In this document: positions 1 to 7,447 of the stretch, one piece after another | Numbering within the stretch: the stretch's first letter is position 1 | Layout: every line of letters begins with the position of its first letter | Virus record (IMG/VR): IMGVR_UViG_3300009184_000043 | Span: 4,745 to 68,744 of that record | Source: a virus | Length of the DNA stretch: 64,000 nucleotides | Direction: 5' to 3' (one strand) | Made by a program: the position numbers and the translations under genes | Notes under the pieces: model-generated | The model's database searches: none | What the model was told of the DNA's origin: nothing | What the model saw: the letters and a program-made list of their open reading frames with translations, nothing else

Positions 1-1
1 C

Positions 2-349
2 AATAATCAAGTCTATTCTAATAACATATCATACAACACATCAACTGGAATAGCAACTCTAACAGCGGGAACCTATAGAATAACAGCAAGACTATCTTGG
101 AGTATGGCTGCTAATTATTTATTACAGTTTTCTTTGTTTGACACCTCAAACAATCAATTGGGTCCAACTGTTGAACAGATACAGCCAACCTCCGGTAGTT
201 ATAATACCAGTGATGCCACTCTTGATATGATATACGATACAGCATCTACGATAGACGTTAAAATTAGAACATTAAGTACCACCACAGCTCTATCCGGTGA
301 GTACATTAGAGGAGATTTGAATACACAGTTTATTATACATAAGCTTTGA
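2..349 (+). CDS. 3' end of a gene starting before the window; beta-rich C-terminal domain, possibly a fibre/C1q-like tip
   Basis: Frame of ORF 104..349 is open back to position 2 (NNQVYSNNISYNTSTGIATLTAGTYRITARLSW...). Confidence 0.5.
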   Translation, partial: NNQVYSNNISYNTSTGIATLTAGTYRITARLSWSMAANYLLQFSLFDTSNNQLGPTVEQIQPTSGSYNTSDATLDMIYDTASTIDVKIRTLSTTTALSGEYIRGDLNTQFIIHKL

Positions 350-371
350 TAATATTTAAGATATATAAGTC

Positions 372-626
372 ATGAATCATATCCAATTATTCGAGAATTT
401 TAACCAGGGGATGAGAAAGGAATTTACTGATTCTGAAATTCAATATTACCAGAAATTATGGGATTGGCTTCATGAGAAGTACAGATACAATAAATTCTTC
501 TCTGGTCTTTGGGATAAAGTAAAGACAAAAAAATCACTATCAAACAAACAGTGGATTGAATTAGAATTTCTACTTAAAAACGGAAAATCTAGATACGAAT
601 CTGGTATTCTACCTAATAATTATTAA
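372..626 (+). CDS. Hypothetical protein with capsid-targeting-like N-terminus
   Basis: MNHIQLFENF start; GATATATA at 360-367. Confidence 0.6.
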   Translation: MNHIQLFENFNQGMRKEFTDSEIQYYQKLWDWLHEKYRYNKFFSGLWDKVKTKKSLSNKQWIELEFLLKNGKSRYESGILPNNY

Positions 627-684
627 ATTTACGAAACAAAACCTTAGTTTAATCTATAAAAAACAAAGGTTATTGTAATTTGAG

Positions 685-1311
685 ATGGTAAGAAAAAGAA
701 ATTGGGGGGTATCAAATGTTTTTTCAGAAGCACATAGAAGATGTCTTCCTGGAAATTTTTGTTTGTGGGACGTAGACGGTTTTATGTTAGACGGAACAGG
801 AGAACCCTGTGCTATTTATGAAGGCAAATTCAAAATGGCAAGTGTAGATAGAGGTAACTTTATAGAATCTTTTTATCACTCCAATAATCTACAATCATCT
901 TTTCTACAAAAGATGTCTCAAGTAATACCAGTTTGGATATGCGAGGAATCAACTAATAATTGGTGGTATCTAAATAACACTATATTAGTCAAGGCAGAAA
1001 ATCCTGAGATGGATCTTTATAAGACAGAGAATCGTATTTATGTTGAAGATATACTAACTTCCGGATTTTATCGACACAATCCATCTGGGATATTTGTAAG
1101 AACGGAAGGAGAAAAACCTTGTGATCTTGTTGGAATTGCTGAAAGACTAGCATATATTTTAAATGTACCGACAGTTCTAGTTAATGATATTTTCGAGGAA
1201 GGACAGGTACATTTTAAAAACCAGGATAAAGACATACAATTAAAATCCGAAGTTCTAGAATCTTTTGAAGGCGATTGGCTAGATGACTGGAAAAATCTAG
1301 AGATTGTCTAA
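685..1311 (+). CDS. Hypothetical protein, possible PD-(D/E)xK nuclease fold
   Basis: 208-aa ORF; D-V-D...E-G-K spacing only weakly suggestive. Confidence 0.5.
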   Translation: MVRKRNWGVSNVFSEAHRRCLPGNFCLWDVDGFMLDGTGEPCAIYEGKFKMASVDRGNFIESFYHSNNLQSSFLQKMSQVIPVWICEESTNNWWYLNNTILVKAENPEMDLYKTENRIYVEDILTSGFYRHNPSGIFVRTEGEKPCDLVGIAERLAYILNVPTVLVNDIFEEGQVHFKNQDKDIQLKSEVLESFEGDWLDDWKNLEIV

Positions 1312-1383
1312 GAAAATCCAAGAATAAACGGGTTATTCCGAAACTATGCATCCCCCTTTAGGTATGATAATAAAAGAATTTAT

Positions 1384-1737
1384 ATGCCTAAAAGTAGAGT
1401 AAGAAAGAAAAAAGGTAAACCGGTTAAATATACTCCGAAGCCTCAGGGAATATCAAAAACTAAAATGAAACACCTGATGGAGTTGATTGCAAAGCAACAA
1501 GAATTAATGCAAACCCAATCAACAGAAACTCCAGAAATTAGAGAAGGCGAAGGACAGCTTTTAATCGGTTCAGAATTTACTAAAAAGCTAAACGTGAATT
1601 CAGCGGCTGAAATTTTAGAAGGACCAGGATTATCCGATATTAAAGATGAAAAGGAGAACGAAGCGCAGCCTGAAGAAATCTTAGAAGCTCCTCAAGCTGA
1701 TATTGAGGAAGGTCCGGTATCTAGTGATGTGGAATAA
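1384..1737 (+). CDS. Hypothetical protein, basic N-terminus and acidic C-terminus
   Basis: MPKSRVRKKKGK start; GAAAC-N18-TATGAT upstream. Confidence 0.55.
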   Translation: MPKSRVRKKKGKPVKYTPKPQGISKTKMKHLMELIAKQQELMQTQSTETPEIREGEGQLLIGSEFTKKLNVNSAAEILEGPGLSDIKDEKENEAQPEEILEAPQADIEEGPVSSDVE

Positions 1738-1803
1738 TTCCACAAAACACATCTTTACTGATCCTTTAAATGGTTATATACCATATCAAATAATCAAAGA
1801 CTA

Positions 1804-2121
1804 ATGGATTCTATCAGCGATGAAAAATTAAACGAAGCAATAAATAGCAAAAAAACAACCCTTGTATGGTTTTCAGCTGAATGGTGCGGACCTTGCAAGA
1901 TGCTAAAGCCAACTATTGAGAAAATTTCTACTGAACTTGCAGAGAGTTATAATTTTATAAAAGCCGAGGTTGGTACAGCAGAAGAAACCACAAAAAGATT
2001 TAATATTAGAAACATACCAACTTGTGTTTTAACTAGAGACGGCGAAGAAGTTGCAAGATTTTCAGGAGTAAAAAACGAGGAGCAAATAAAAAATTTCTTA
2101 CAGGAGCACAATCCTATTTGA
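1804..2121 (+). CDS. trxA: Thioredoxin
   Basis: WCGPC active site, cis-Pro motif NIPT, 105 aa. Confidence 0.95.
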   Translation: MDSISDEKLNEAINSKKTTLVWFSAEWCGPCKMLKPTIEKISTELAESYNFIKAEVGTAEETTKRFNIRNIPTCVLTRDGEEVARFSGVKNEEQIKNFLQEHNPI

Positions 2122-2168
2122 AACTTTTAGTATATTTGCAGGTATTATTAAAAAAAAGTTCTTTCACA
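2120..2168 (+). promoter_or_regulatory. Stacked promoter boxes and boxA-like site ahead of the Y-like RNAs
   Basis: GAAAC 2120, TATATTTG 2131 (Bacteroidota -7 box), GTTCTTTCACA 2158-2168. Confidence 0.5.
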
Positions 2169-2406
2169 TACTTATTTTCTTGAAGCGGTTTAAATGGTTA
2201 CTCCATACAATAAACGTCGAAAGGATTAGTTCTCCGGTTCTAATCTACACCAGGTCTCAGTACTGCTATAGATGAGGCGCTTTTATTTTCGTAAGGATTT
2301 AAAAGAAGAATTACAGTAGCTCGGTTTTATTCTCCTGACTAGAAATGCGGGAATGATTACCTCCCATAAGGAGGAACCACCTTTTAAAGATTTCTCAAGA
2401 AAGTAT
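2168..2406 (+). ncRNA. Y RNA-like element 1 (long form with multi-hairpin insert)
   Basis: TTTCTTGA/TCAAGAAA closing stem; GA-AGCGG; TTTAAATGGT/ACCTTTTAAA stem; TACTCC; upstream of TROVE gene. Confidence 0.6.
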
Positions 2407-2417
2407 TATTAATAAAA

Positions 2418-2505
2418 TAAACTCCGAAGCGGGAACAAGGATTACATCATTTACATTCTTATCAATTTAAACGAAAAACATCCTTGTTTATTTATTCTCG
2501 GTTTT
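2418..2505 (+). ncRNA. Y RNA-like element 2
   Basis: CCGA/TCGG; AGCGG; GAACAAGGAT/ATCCTTGTTT 10-bp stem; TACATC. Confidence 0.65.
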
Positions 2506-2513
2506 TAAATTAT

Positions 2514-2588
2514 TATTCTGAAGCGGGATAAAGAGTTACTTCACTACAATTACACGAAACAACGCTCTTTGTCAAAATACTCAGGATA
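2514..2588 (+). ncRNA. Y RNA-like element 3
   Basis: TATTCTGA/TCAGGATA; AGCGG; GATAAAGAGT/GCTCTTTGTC 10-bp stem; TACTTC. Confidence 0.65.
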
Positions 2589-2595
2589 TAACTTT

Positions 2596-2628
2596 AAGGG
2601 GTTTGAACTACGGTTTAAACCCTTTTTT
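2596..2628 (+). terminator. Intrinsic terminator between the Y-like RNAs and the TROVE gene
   Basis: AAGGGGTTTGAAC-TACG-GTTTAAACCCTTT followed by T run. Confidence 0.75.
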
Positions 2629-2656
2629 ATTGCGTAAAAATTAAAAAATAAAATAT

Positions 2657-4303
2657 ATGTCAAGACTAAGCGAATTTGCTGACAAAAAAACAGCAATGCA
2701 AATTTTACAAAACTCCACTTACGGAGCACTAGGAGTGGAGAACTTCATGGGAGGAACATCTTATGTTTTATCGCCTCTAAACACTTTAAAGATTGTTGCT
2801 GCGTCTTCGATCTTTGGTGAACCACAATACTATAGAGACGGATTAGGTGCTCCTAAGAATCTTATCACTATCCTTGACTATTCTATATTAGCTCCTATGT
2901 TCAAATCCGAATCCGGAGCTTTAAAAGACGATATGAGCGTTGTAGATATATTTGAGGAAGCCATACAAGCATCATTGGACTTCGACTTTAAATCAACCTT
3001 GGATTTAGCATTAGAACTTCGTAACGAGTACTATATGCGTTTAAATCCTGCTGTAATATTCATGAAAGCGAGTATGCACGAAGGACGTCAGAAGTTTAAC
3101 GAAGAAAATCCGGGATATATGAAAATGATAGGCAAGTCAATTGCTCTACGTCCAGATGATTTAACAAATCAGTTTGAATACTACATGTATAAGAACGGAA
3201 GCAAAAAAGGACTTTCCTCACTAGTAAAAAGAACTTGGGCAGAAAGACTTTCTGAATTCTCTAGATACCAATTGAATAAGTACAAAGGTAAAAGATTAAT
3301 AGATCTTGTTCGTATTTCCCACGGTAAAAGCGAGGACATTAACGAACTAATGTCAACTGGTACATTAAAAATAACAGAACGGGAAAAAACTTGGGAGAAT
3401 TTAAGATCTGAAAAGAAATCTTGGGAAGAGATCACAAATACTATCTTAATCCCTCACATGGCTCTTTTGAGAAACCTTAGAGGTATTTTTACTGAAGTTG
3501 AAGATCCTACAATTACTGCTAGAATTTTAACACAATTAAAATCGGGTGTTGTTAAGGGAAAACAATTTCCTTTTAGATATTGGTCTGCTTATAGAGCAGT
3601 AACAGATTCTCAGATCCACCACAAACAACTTGTTTTGGATACTTTAGAGGAATGTTTAGATATCTCTGTTGAGAATATGCCTAAGTTAAAAGGTAAAACA
3701 GTTTGTCTTTCAGATAACTCCGGATCTGCATGGGGAGCTTTCAATAGCGAATATGGAACAGTTACCGTGGCAGAAATTGCTAACTTGTCTTCTTTAATTA
3801 CCTCACTACAATCCGATTCTGGAGAGGTTGGAGTATTTGGAGATAACCTTTCATTAAAAGGTGTATCTAAAAGAAACGGTCTTCTTACTCAATTGGATGA
3901 AACATCTAAAAGAGGTAAAGCTCAAGGAGGTGGTACAGAAAATGGTATTTGGGTATTCTTTGATGAAGCTATTAAAAATAAAGTCCATTACGACAACATC
4001 TTTATCTATTCAGATATGCAGGCAGGGCACGGAGGTCTTTTTGGACACAGAGAAACAGTAGGATCAAGTAAATTTATCCACCCGAAAGGAGGGGGAACAC
4101 ACGTAGACGTACTTGCTATGGCTCAGGAATACAGGGAAAAGGTTAATCCTAAAGTTAATTTATTTACTGTACAGGTGGGTGGCTACAATAACACCGTGCT
4201 TCCTGAAGCTCTTTATAGAGGAGGAATATTAGCAGGATGGACAGGTAAAGAACCAATATTTGCTAAAGCAATTATAGACATTTGGGATTCAGTAGAAGCC
4301 TAA
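2657..4303 (+). CDS. Ro60/TROVE-domain RNA-binding protein (Rsr-like)
   Basis: 548 aa; MALLRNL, FPFRYWSAY, vWA MIDAS DNSGS, IYSDMQ, GW near C-terminus. Confidence 0.92.
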   Translation: MSRLSEFADKKTAMQILQNSTYGALGVENFMGGTSYVLSPLNTLKIVAASSIFGEPQYYRDGLGAPKNLITILDYSILAPMFKSESGALKDDMSVVDIFEEAIQASLDFDFKSTLDLALELRNEYYMRLNPAVIFMKASMHEGRQKFNEENPGYMKMIGKSIALRPDDLTNQFEYYMYKNGSKKGLSSLVKRTWAERLSEFSRYQLNKYKGKRLIDLVRISHGKSEDINELMSTGTLKITEREKTWENLRSEKKSWEEITNTILIPHMALLRNLRGIFTEVEDPTITARILTQLKSGVVKGKQFPFRYWSAYRAVTDSQIHHKQLVLDTLEECLDISVENMPKLKGKTVCLSDNSGSAWGAFNSEYGTVTVAEIANLSSLITSLQSDSGEVGVFGDNLSLKGVSKRNGLLTQLDETSKRGKAQGGGTENGIWVFFDEAIKNKVHYDNIFIYSDMQAGHGGLFGHRETVGSSKFIHPKGGGTHVDVLAMAQEYREKVNPKVNLFTVQVGGYNNTVLPEALYRGGILAGWTGKEPIFAKAIIDIWDSVEA

Positions 4304-4319
4304 ATAAAACCATTATTTT

Positions 4320-4348
4320 AAATCCCTAGCAATGCTAGGGATTTTTTT
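4320..4348 (+). terminator. Intrinsic terminator
   Basis: AAATCCCTAGC-AAT-GCTAGGGATTT plus T run. Confidence 0.85.
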
Positions 4349-4385
4349 GTGGGTTTCTAGTAAGATATTGGATAAATATACTTGT

Positions 4386-4664
4386 ATGAAAAATTTAAAG
4401 ACATTTGAGAATCACAGTTACGAGGTTTATACTTCTGGTTCTAATATATTAAAAGGATACGGAGAAGAATTTCCATTTTCAAATTTATCAGTAGGTGACA
4501 AATTAGTTTATATGGGAGCTCCTTGTGAAGTTTATGAAGTATCTGATACTATTATCACCCTACAGAACCTAAATCAAAACTCAAAAAGATTTACTGTAAA
4601 CCAAAATATGTTTAACAAAGGAGGATTCATCTCTAAAAAAGATACCCCAGCTAAGCTCAAATAA
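4386..4664 (+). CDS. Hypothetical protein with capsid-targeting-like N-terminus
   Basis: Start moved to MKNLKTFEN (4386) behind GATAAATA at 4371; upstream part overlaps the terminator. Confidence 0.6.
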   Translation: MKNLKTFENHSYEVYTSGSNILKGYGEEFPFSNLSVGDKLVYMGAPCEVYEVSDTIITLQNLNQNSKRFTVNQNMFNKGGFISKKDTPAKLK

Positions 4665-4673
4665 AAATAAAAA

Positions 4674-4820
4674 ATGGCTAAACCTAAAACTACAGATTCT
4701 AGCAAGAACCACAAGCGCAGCTCTAAGAAAAAAAGACCAGGAATTCATTCCAAGTGTAAAAGTAGTGTAAGTAAGAATTCTAAGAACTACAAGAAAGCTT
4801 ACGTTGGTCAAGGTAAATAA
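4674..4820 (+). CDS. Small basic protein (48 aa) ending KKAYVGQGK, not in the ORF track
   Basis: MAKPKTTDSSKNHKRSSKKKRPGIHSKCKSSVSKNSKNYKKAYVGQGK; A-rich start context; fills the gap between genes. Confidence 0.75.
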   Translation: MAKPKTTDSSKNHKRSSKKKRPGIHSKCKSSVSKNSKNYKKAYVGQGK

Positions 4821-4846
4821 TAAGGATATATAAAATAAAAAAAAAG

Positions 4847-5197
4847 ATGAAATATCTAAGAATTTACGAACAATATTCCACTGAGGCTATGCCTATGGAA
4901 GACACTATGAGTGATGTTCATTTTGAAGCAGAAACTACAGATTTTAGACCTACCGACGGAAATAGCGAAGGTAATTACATTGTTAACTTTCAAAATGCAG
5001 ACGGGGAAGATACAACAATAGAAATTGCTGGCGCTTCTGAACCAGAATACGTTGGAAGTTCAATGGTAAGCAATATCGAGATGATAGAAGATTCAAGCTC
5101 TGACGGAAGAAGATATTCAATCGTTGGATATTATGATGAAGTACCTGGACAGGACGGCGCATACGAACTTAAAAAAGTATTAGTAGAAGAAATCTAA
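4847..5197 (+). CDS. Hypothetical acidic protein with capsid-targeting-like N-terminus
   Basis: MKYLRIYEQY; GATATATA 4825. Confidence 0.6.
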   Translation: MKYLRIYEQYSTEAMPMEDTMSDVHFEAETTDFRPTDGNSEGNYIVNFQNADGEDTTIEIAGASEPEYVGSSMVSNIEMIEDSSSDGRRYSIVGYYDEVPGQDGAYELKKVLVEEI

Positions 5198-5199
5198 TT

Positions 5200-5481
5200 A
5201 TGTCAATTAAAGTCTATACAGGATACGAAGAATTTAAATTTGAGGAAGAAGAGATCTGCGAATATTTAGAATCAGATTTTTCAGATCCAAATCAAGGAGA
5301 AGAATCTGATGATGTATTTTTCTATACAGAATCTAAAATAGATTTTAGAGATGATGCAGATTTCTACATACTATGTGATCTCGAAGATGAAGAGACTGCA
5401 GAAGATATCGCTTCTTACTTAGGTAAGTCTAAAAAAATAAATCTTCAAGATTTCAGAAAATCATTTTTTTATATAAGATAA
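5200..5481 (+). CDS. Hypothetical acidic protein
   Basis: 93-aa ORF 2 nt after the previous stop. Confidence 0.55.
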   Translation: MSIKVYTGYEEFKFEEEEICEYLESDFSDPNQGEESDDVFFYTESKIDFRDDADFYILCDLEDEETAEDIASYLGKSKKINLQDFRKSFFYIR

Positions 5482-5531
5482 AATATCTATATTTGTGAAA
5501 CAAAACAACAAATACGATATATAAAGTTCAA

Positions 5532-5591
5532 ATGAAAACAATATTTAACATATCACCTTCAATATTAAGACCGTCGATAAGACGATCCTAA
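5532..5591 (+). CDS. Attenuator leader peptide 1 (MKTIFNISPSILRPSIRRS)
   Basis: Last 13 codons are only Ile(ATA)/Ser(TCN)/Pro/Leu(TTA)/Arg, matching tRNA array 1. Confidence 0.8.
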   Translation: MKTIFNISPSILRPSIRRS

Positions 5592-5657
5592 AGGTCCTGT
5601 GTTAATAAAAAATAATCATTAACTAAACCGGGACCTTCAAAAAGTCCCGGTTTTTTT
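5591..5657 (+). terminator. Attenuator 1: antiterminator plus intrinsic terminator
   Basis: Terminator AAACCGGGAC/GTCCCGGTTT + T7 (5625-5657); AAGGTCCTG (5591-5599) pairs with CGGGACCTT (5629-5637). Confidence 0.85.
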
Positions 5658-5658
5658 G

Positions 5659-5670
5659 TGTTCTTTGACA
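5659..5670 (+). promoter_or_regulatory. boxA-like antitermination site
   Basis: TGTTCTTTGACA, repeated after all three attenuators. Confidence 0.6.
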
Positions 5671-5687
5671 TGTTGGATTATCAAATT

Positions 5688-5777
5688 GGAGAGTTGGCAG
5701 AGCCCGGTTTAATGCACCAGTCTTGAAAACTGACGTAGTGAAAGCTACCGGGGGTTCGAATCCCTCACTCTCCTCCA
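5688..5777 (+). tRNA. tRNA-Ser(TGA)
   Basis: Cloverleaf, loop CT-TGA-AA, long variable arm, encoded CCA. Confidence 0.93.
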
Positions 5778-5780
5778 ATT

Positions 5781-5852
5781 GCCTCCGTAGTTCAACGGAT
5801 AGAACAGCGGTTTTCTAAACCGTCAATGTGGGTTCGATTCCCGCCGGGGGTA
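5781..5852 (+). tRNA. tRNA-Arg(TCT)
   Basis: Cloverleaf, loop TT-TCT-AA. Confidence 0.9.
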
Positions 5853-5865
5853 CTAAAAAATAAAA

Positions 5866-6024
5866 AGCCCTCTGCCTAGCGCTGGGTATGGATCGAAGAT
5901 AGAATATGCCTCTACAACGTAGACAGTTAGAATATTTCGGTATTCTTTAATGATATGCACACTTATTCTCTAAATCGTGGGTTAGCACAGTTTGTATGTT
6001 CTGGGGATATTTAAAGACATACAA
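5866..6024 (+). ncRNA. Putative structured RNA of unknown class inside tRNA array 1
   Basis: Nested hairpins, e.g. TCTAC/GTAGA, AGAATAT-TTCG-GTATTCT, TTGTATGTT/GACATACAA; no credible ORF. Confidence 0.35.
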
Positions 6025-6027
6025 TTT

Positions 6028-6100
6028 CGGGATGTAGATCAGTTGGTAGATCGCCTGGTTTGGGACCAGGAGGCCCCAGGTTCGAGTCCTGGTATCCCGA
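6028..6100 (+). tRNA. tRNA-Pro(TGG)
   Basis: Cloverleaf, loop TT-TGG-GA. Confidence 0.93.
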
Positions 6101-6108
6101 CAGCCCCA

Positions 6109-6182
6109 AGAGGCTTAGCTCAATTGGTTAGAGCACATGCCTTATACGCATGCGGTCATGGGTTCGACTCCCATAGTCTCTA
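6109..6182 (+). tRNA. tRNA-Ile(TAT)
   Basis: Cloverleaf, CATGC-CT-TAT-AC-GCATG. Confidence 0.88.
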
Positions 6183-6186
6183 CTTA

Positions 6187-6260
6187 GGTCCTTTAGCTCA
6201 GTAGGTTAGAGCAACTGACTCATAATCAGTAGGTCCACGGTTCGAGCCCGTGAGGGACCA
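6187..6260 (+). tRNA. tRNA-Ile2(CAT, lysidine type)
   Basis: CAT anticodon with Ile2-like body (GGTCCTT acceptor, ACTGA stem); initiator and elongator Met tRNAs are present elsewhere. Confidence 0.78.
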
Positions 6261-6276
6261 CAAAAATTACACATTC

Positions 6277-6360
6277 GCCCGGGTGGTGGAATTGGTAGTC
6301 ACGCAGCACTTAAAATGCTGTAACCATTTGGTTGTACGGGTTCGATTCCCGTCCCGGGTA
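6277..6360 (+). tRNA. tRNA-Leu(TAA)
   Basis: Cloverleaf, loop CT-TAA-AA, long variable arm. Confidence 0.93.
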
Positions 6361-6365
6361 CATAT

Positions 6366-6470
6366 ATAAGAGTGGCGGAAGTGTGATCATTGCAATGATC
6401 CGATAGATAGACGCTAGGGTAATCTACCCGAGAATGAAAGTTCATATTGGTGCAAGTCCAATCTCTTGTA
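6366..6470 (+). ncRNA. tRNA-like RNA with D-loop hairpin insertion and degenerate anticodon arm
   Basis: ATAAGAG/CTCTTGT acceptor; GCG/CGC D stem; insert GATCATTGCAATGATC; T arm ATTGG-TGCAAGT-CCAAT. Confidence 0.55.
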
Positions 6471-6492
6471 CTTTTTTGTTGATATATACTAT

Positions 6493-7344
6493 ATGCCAAC
6501 ATCAAGACCTTTCGCATATAATCCAACACAAGCAACAATTTCAGGAACTACAAACGTAGGTACATTATGTGTAGGTGTATCTGCTTTAAACTATGGTGCA
6601 AAACCCGGGGGATTAACTTGGTGGATGGGTCCAGACGAGGATAATTCTTATATAATAGCTAAAGATGTACCCTCTGGAAACTTTCCAACTCAAGTAGGTA
6701 ATATAGGCACTGTACAATTCTGGGGATGTACTAATACAGATGAAGCTTTTCGAATTACAGTACAAATAATAAGCGGTACTACACAAGCATCTGCTTCAGC
6801 AGCTAATGATTGGTTAACAGCAAATAACTATTGGACTAACAGAAATCCATATCTTGCAGGTTTATATAAGACGACTTACTCTGGGTATTTTGCTGATAAT
6901 GTTAGTTTCTTTGCAACTGCGACTCCCGCATCGGTAGGTGGAAATCCGGCAACATCAGTACAAACCACTTCTATATTTGAACCTTCTCAGAATGATGGAG
7001 AAAATTTCAGTTGTCAATGGTTAGGATATTTCAAACCAACCACCACAGAAACCTACACATTCTTTACTTCATCTGATGATGCCTCCTATGTTTGGGTTGG
7101 TAGTAATGCTGTTAGTGGATTCACTACAACAAACTCAACAGTTAATAACGGTGGATTACACGGTACAATCGAAAAATCTGGGACAATCGCTTTAACTTCG
7201 GGTGTTTATTATCCTATAAGAATACAATTTGGAGAGTTGAGTGGTGGTGACGTAATGACATTTAATTACTCAACTCCTACTATTACTAAAACGACTAATG
7301 TAACTGGATTGGTTTTCTATAATACATCAACTAATGGATTCTAA
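6493..7344 (+). CDS. PA14-domain carbohydrate-binding virion protein
   Basis: NFSCQWLGYF, YTFFTSSDDAS, YYPIRIQFGE PA14 motifs; start moved to MPTSRPF behind GATATATA 6481. Confidence 0.8.
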   Translation: MPTSRPFAYNPTQATISGTTNVGTLCVGVSALNYGAKPGGLTWWMGPDEDNSYIIAKDVPSGNFPTQVGNIGTVQFWGCTNTDEAFRITVQIISGTTQASASAANDWLTANNYWTNRNPYLAGLYKTTYSGYFADNVSFFATATPASVGGNPATSVQTTSIFEPSQNDGENFSCQWLGYFKPTTTETYTFFTSSDDASYVWVGSNAVSGFTTTNSTVNNGGLHGTIEKSGTIALTSGVYYPIRIQFGELSGGDVMTFNYSTPTITKTTNVTGLVFYNTSTNGF

Positions 7345-7447
7345 TTGGATAATTAGATATATAGAATGGATAAAAAACCTTGGAAGATATTATTGGGGTA
7401 CCTGATAGAATAGATCACTTTAAGGAGTATTATAACTTAATAAAATA

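Noticed and set aside
2168-2588. CRISPR array or type III antitoxin repeats
   Set aside because: Units vary in length and sequence and conserve pairing, not identical repeats; the neighbour is TROVE, not a cas or ToxN-like gene.
4581-4811. Minus-strand 76-aa hydrophobic ORF
   Set aside because: Antisense shadow of the Lys-rich 4674..4820 gene.
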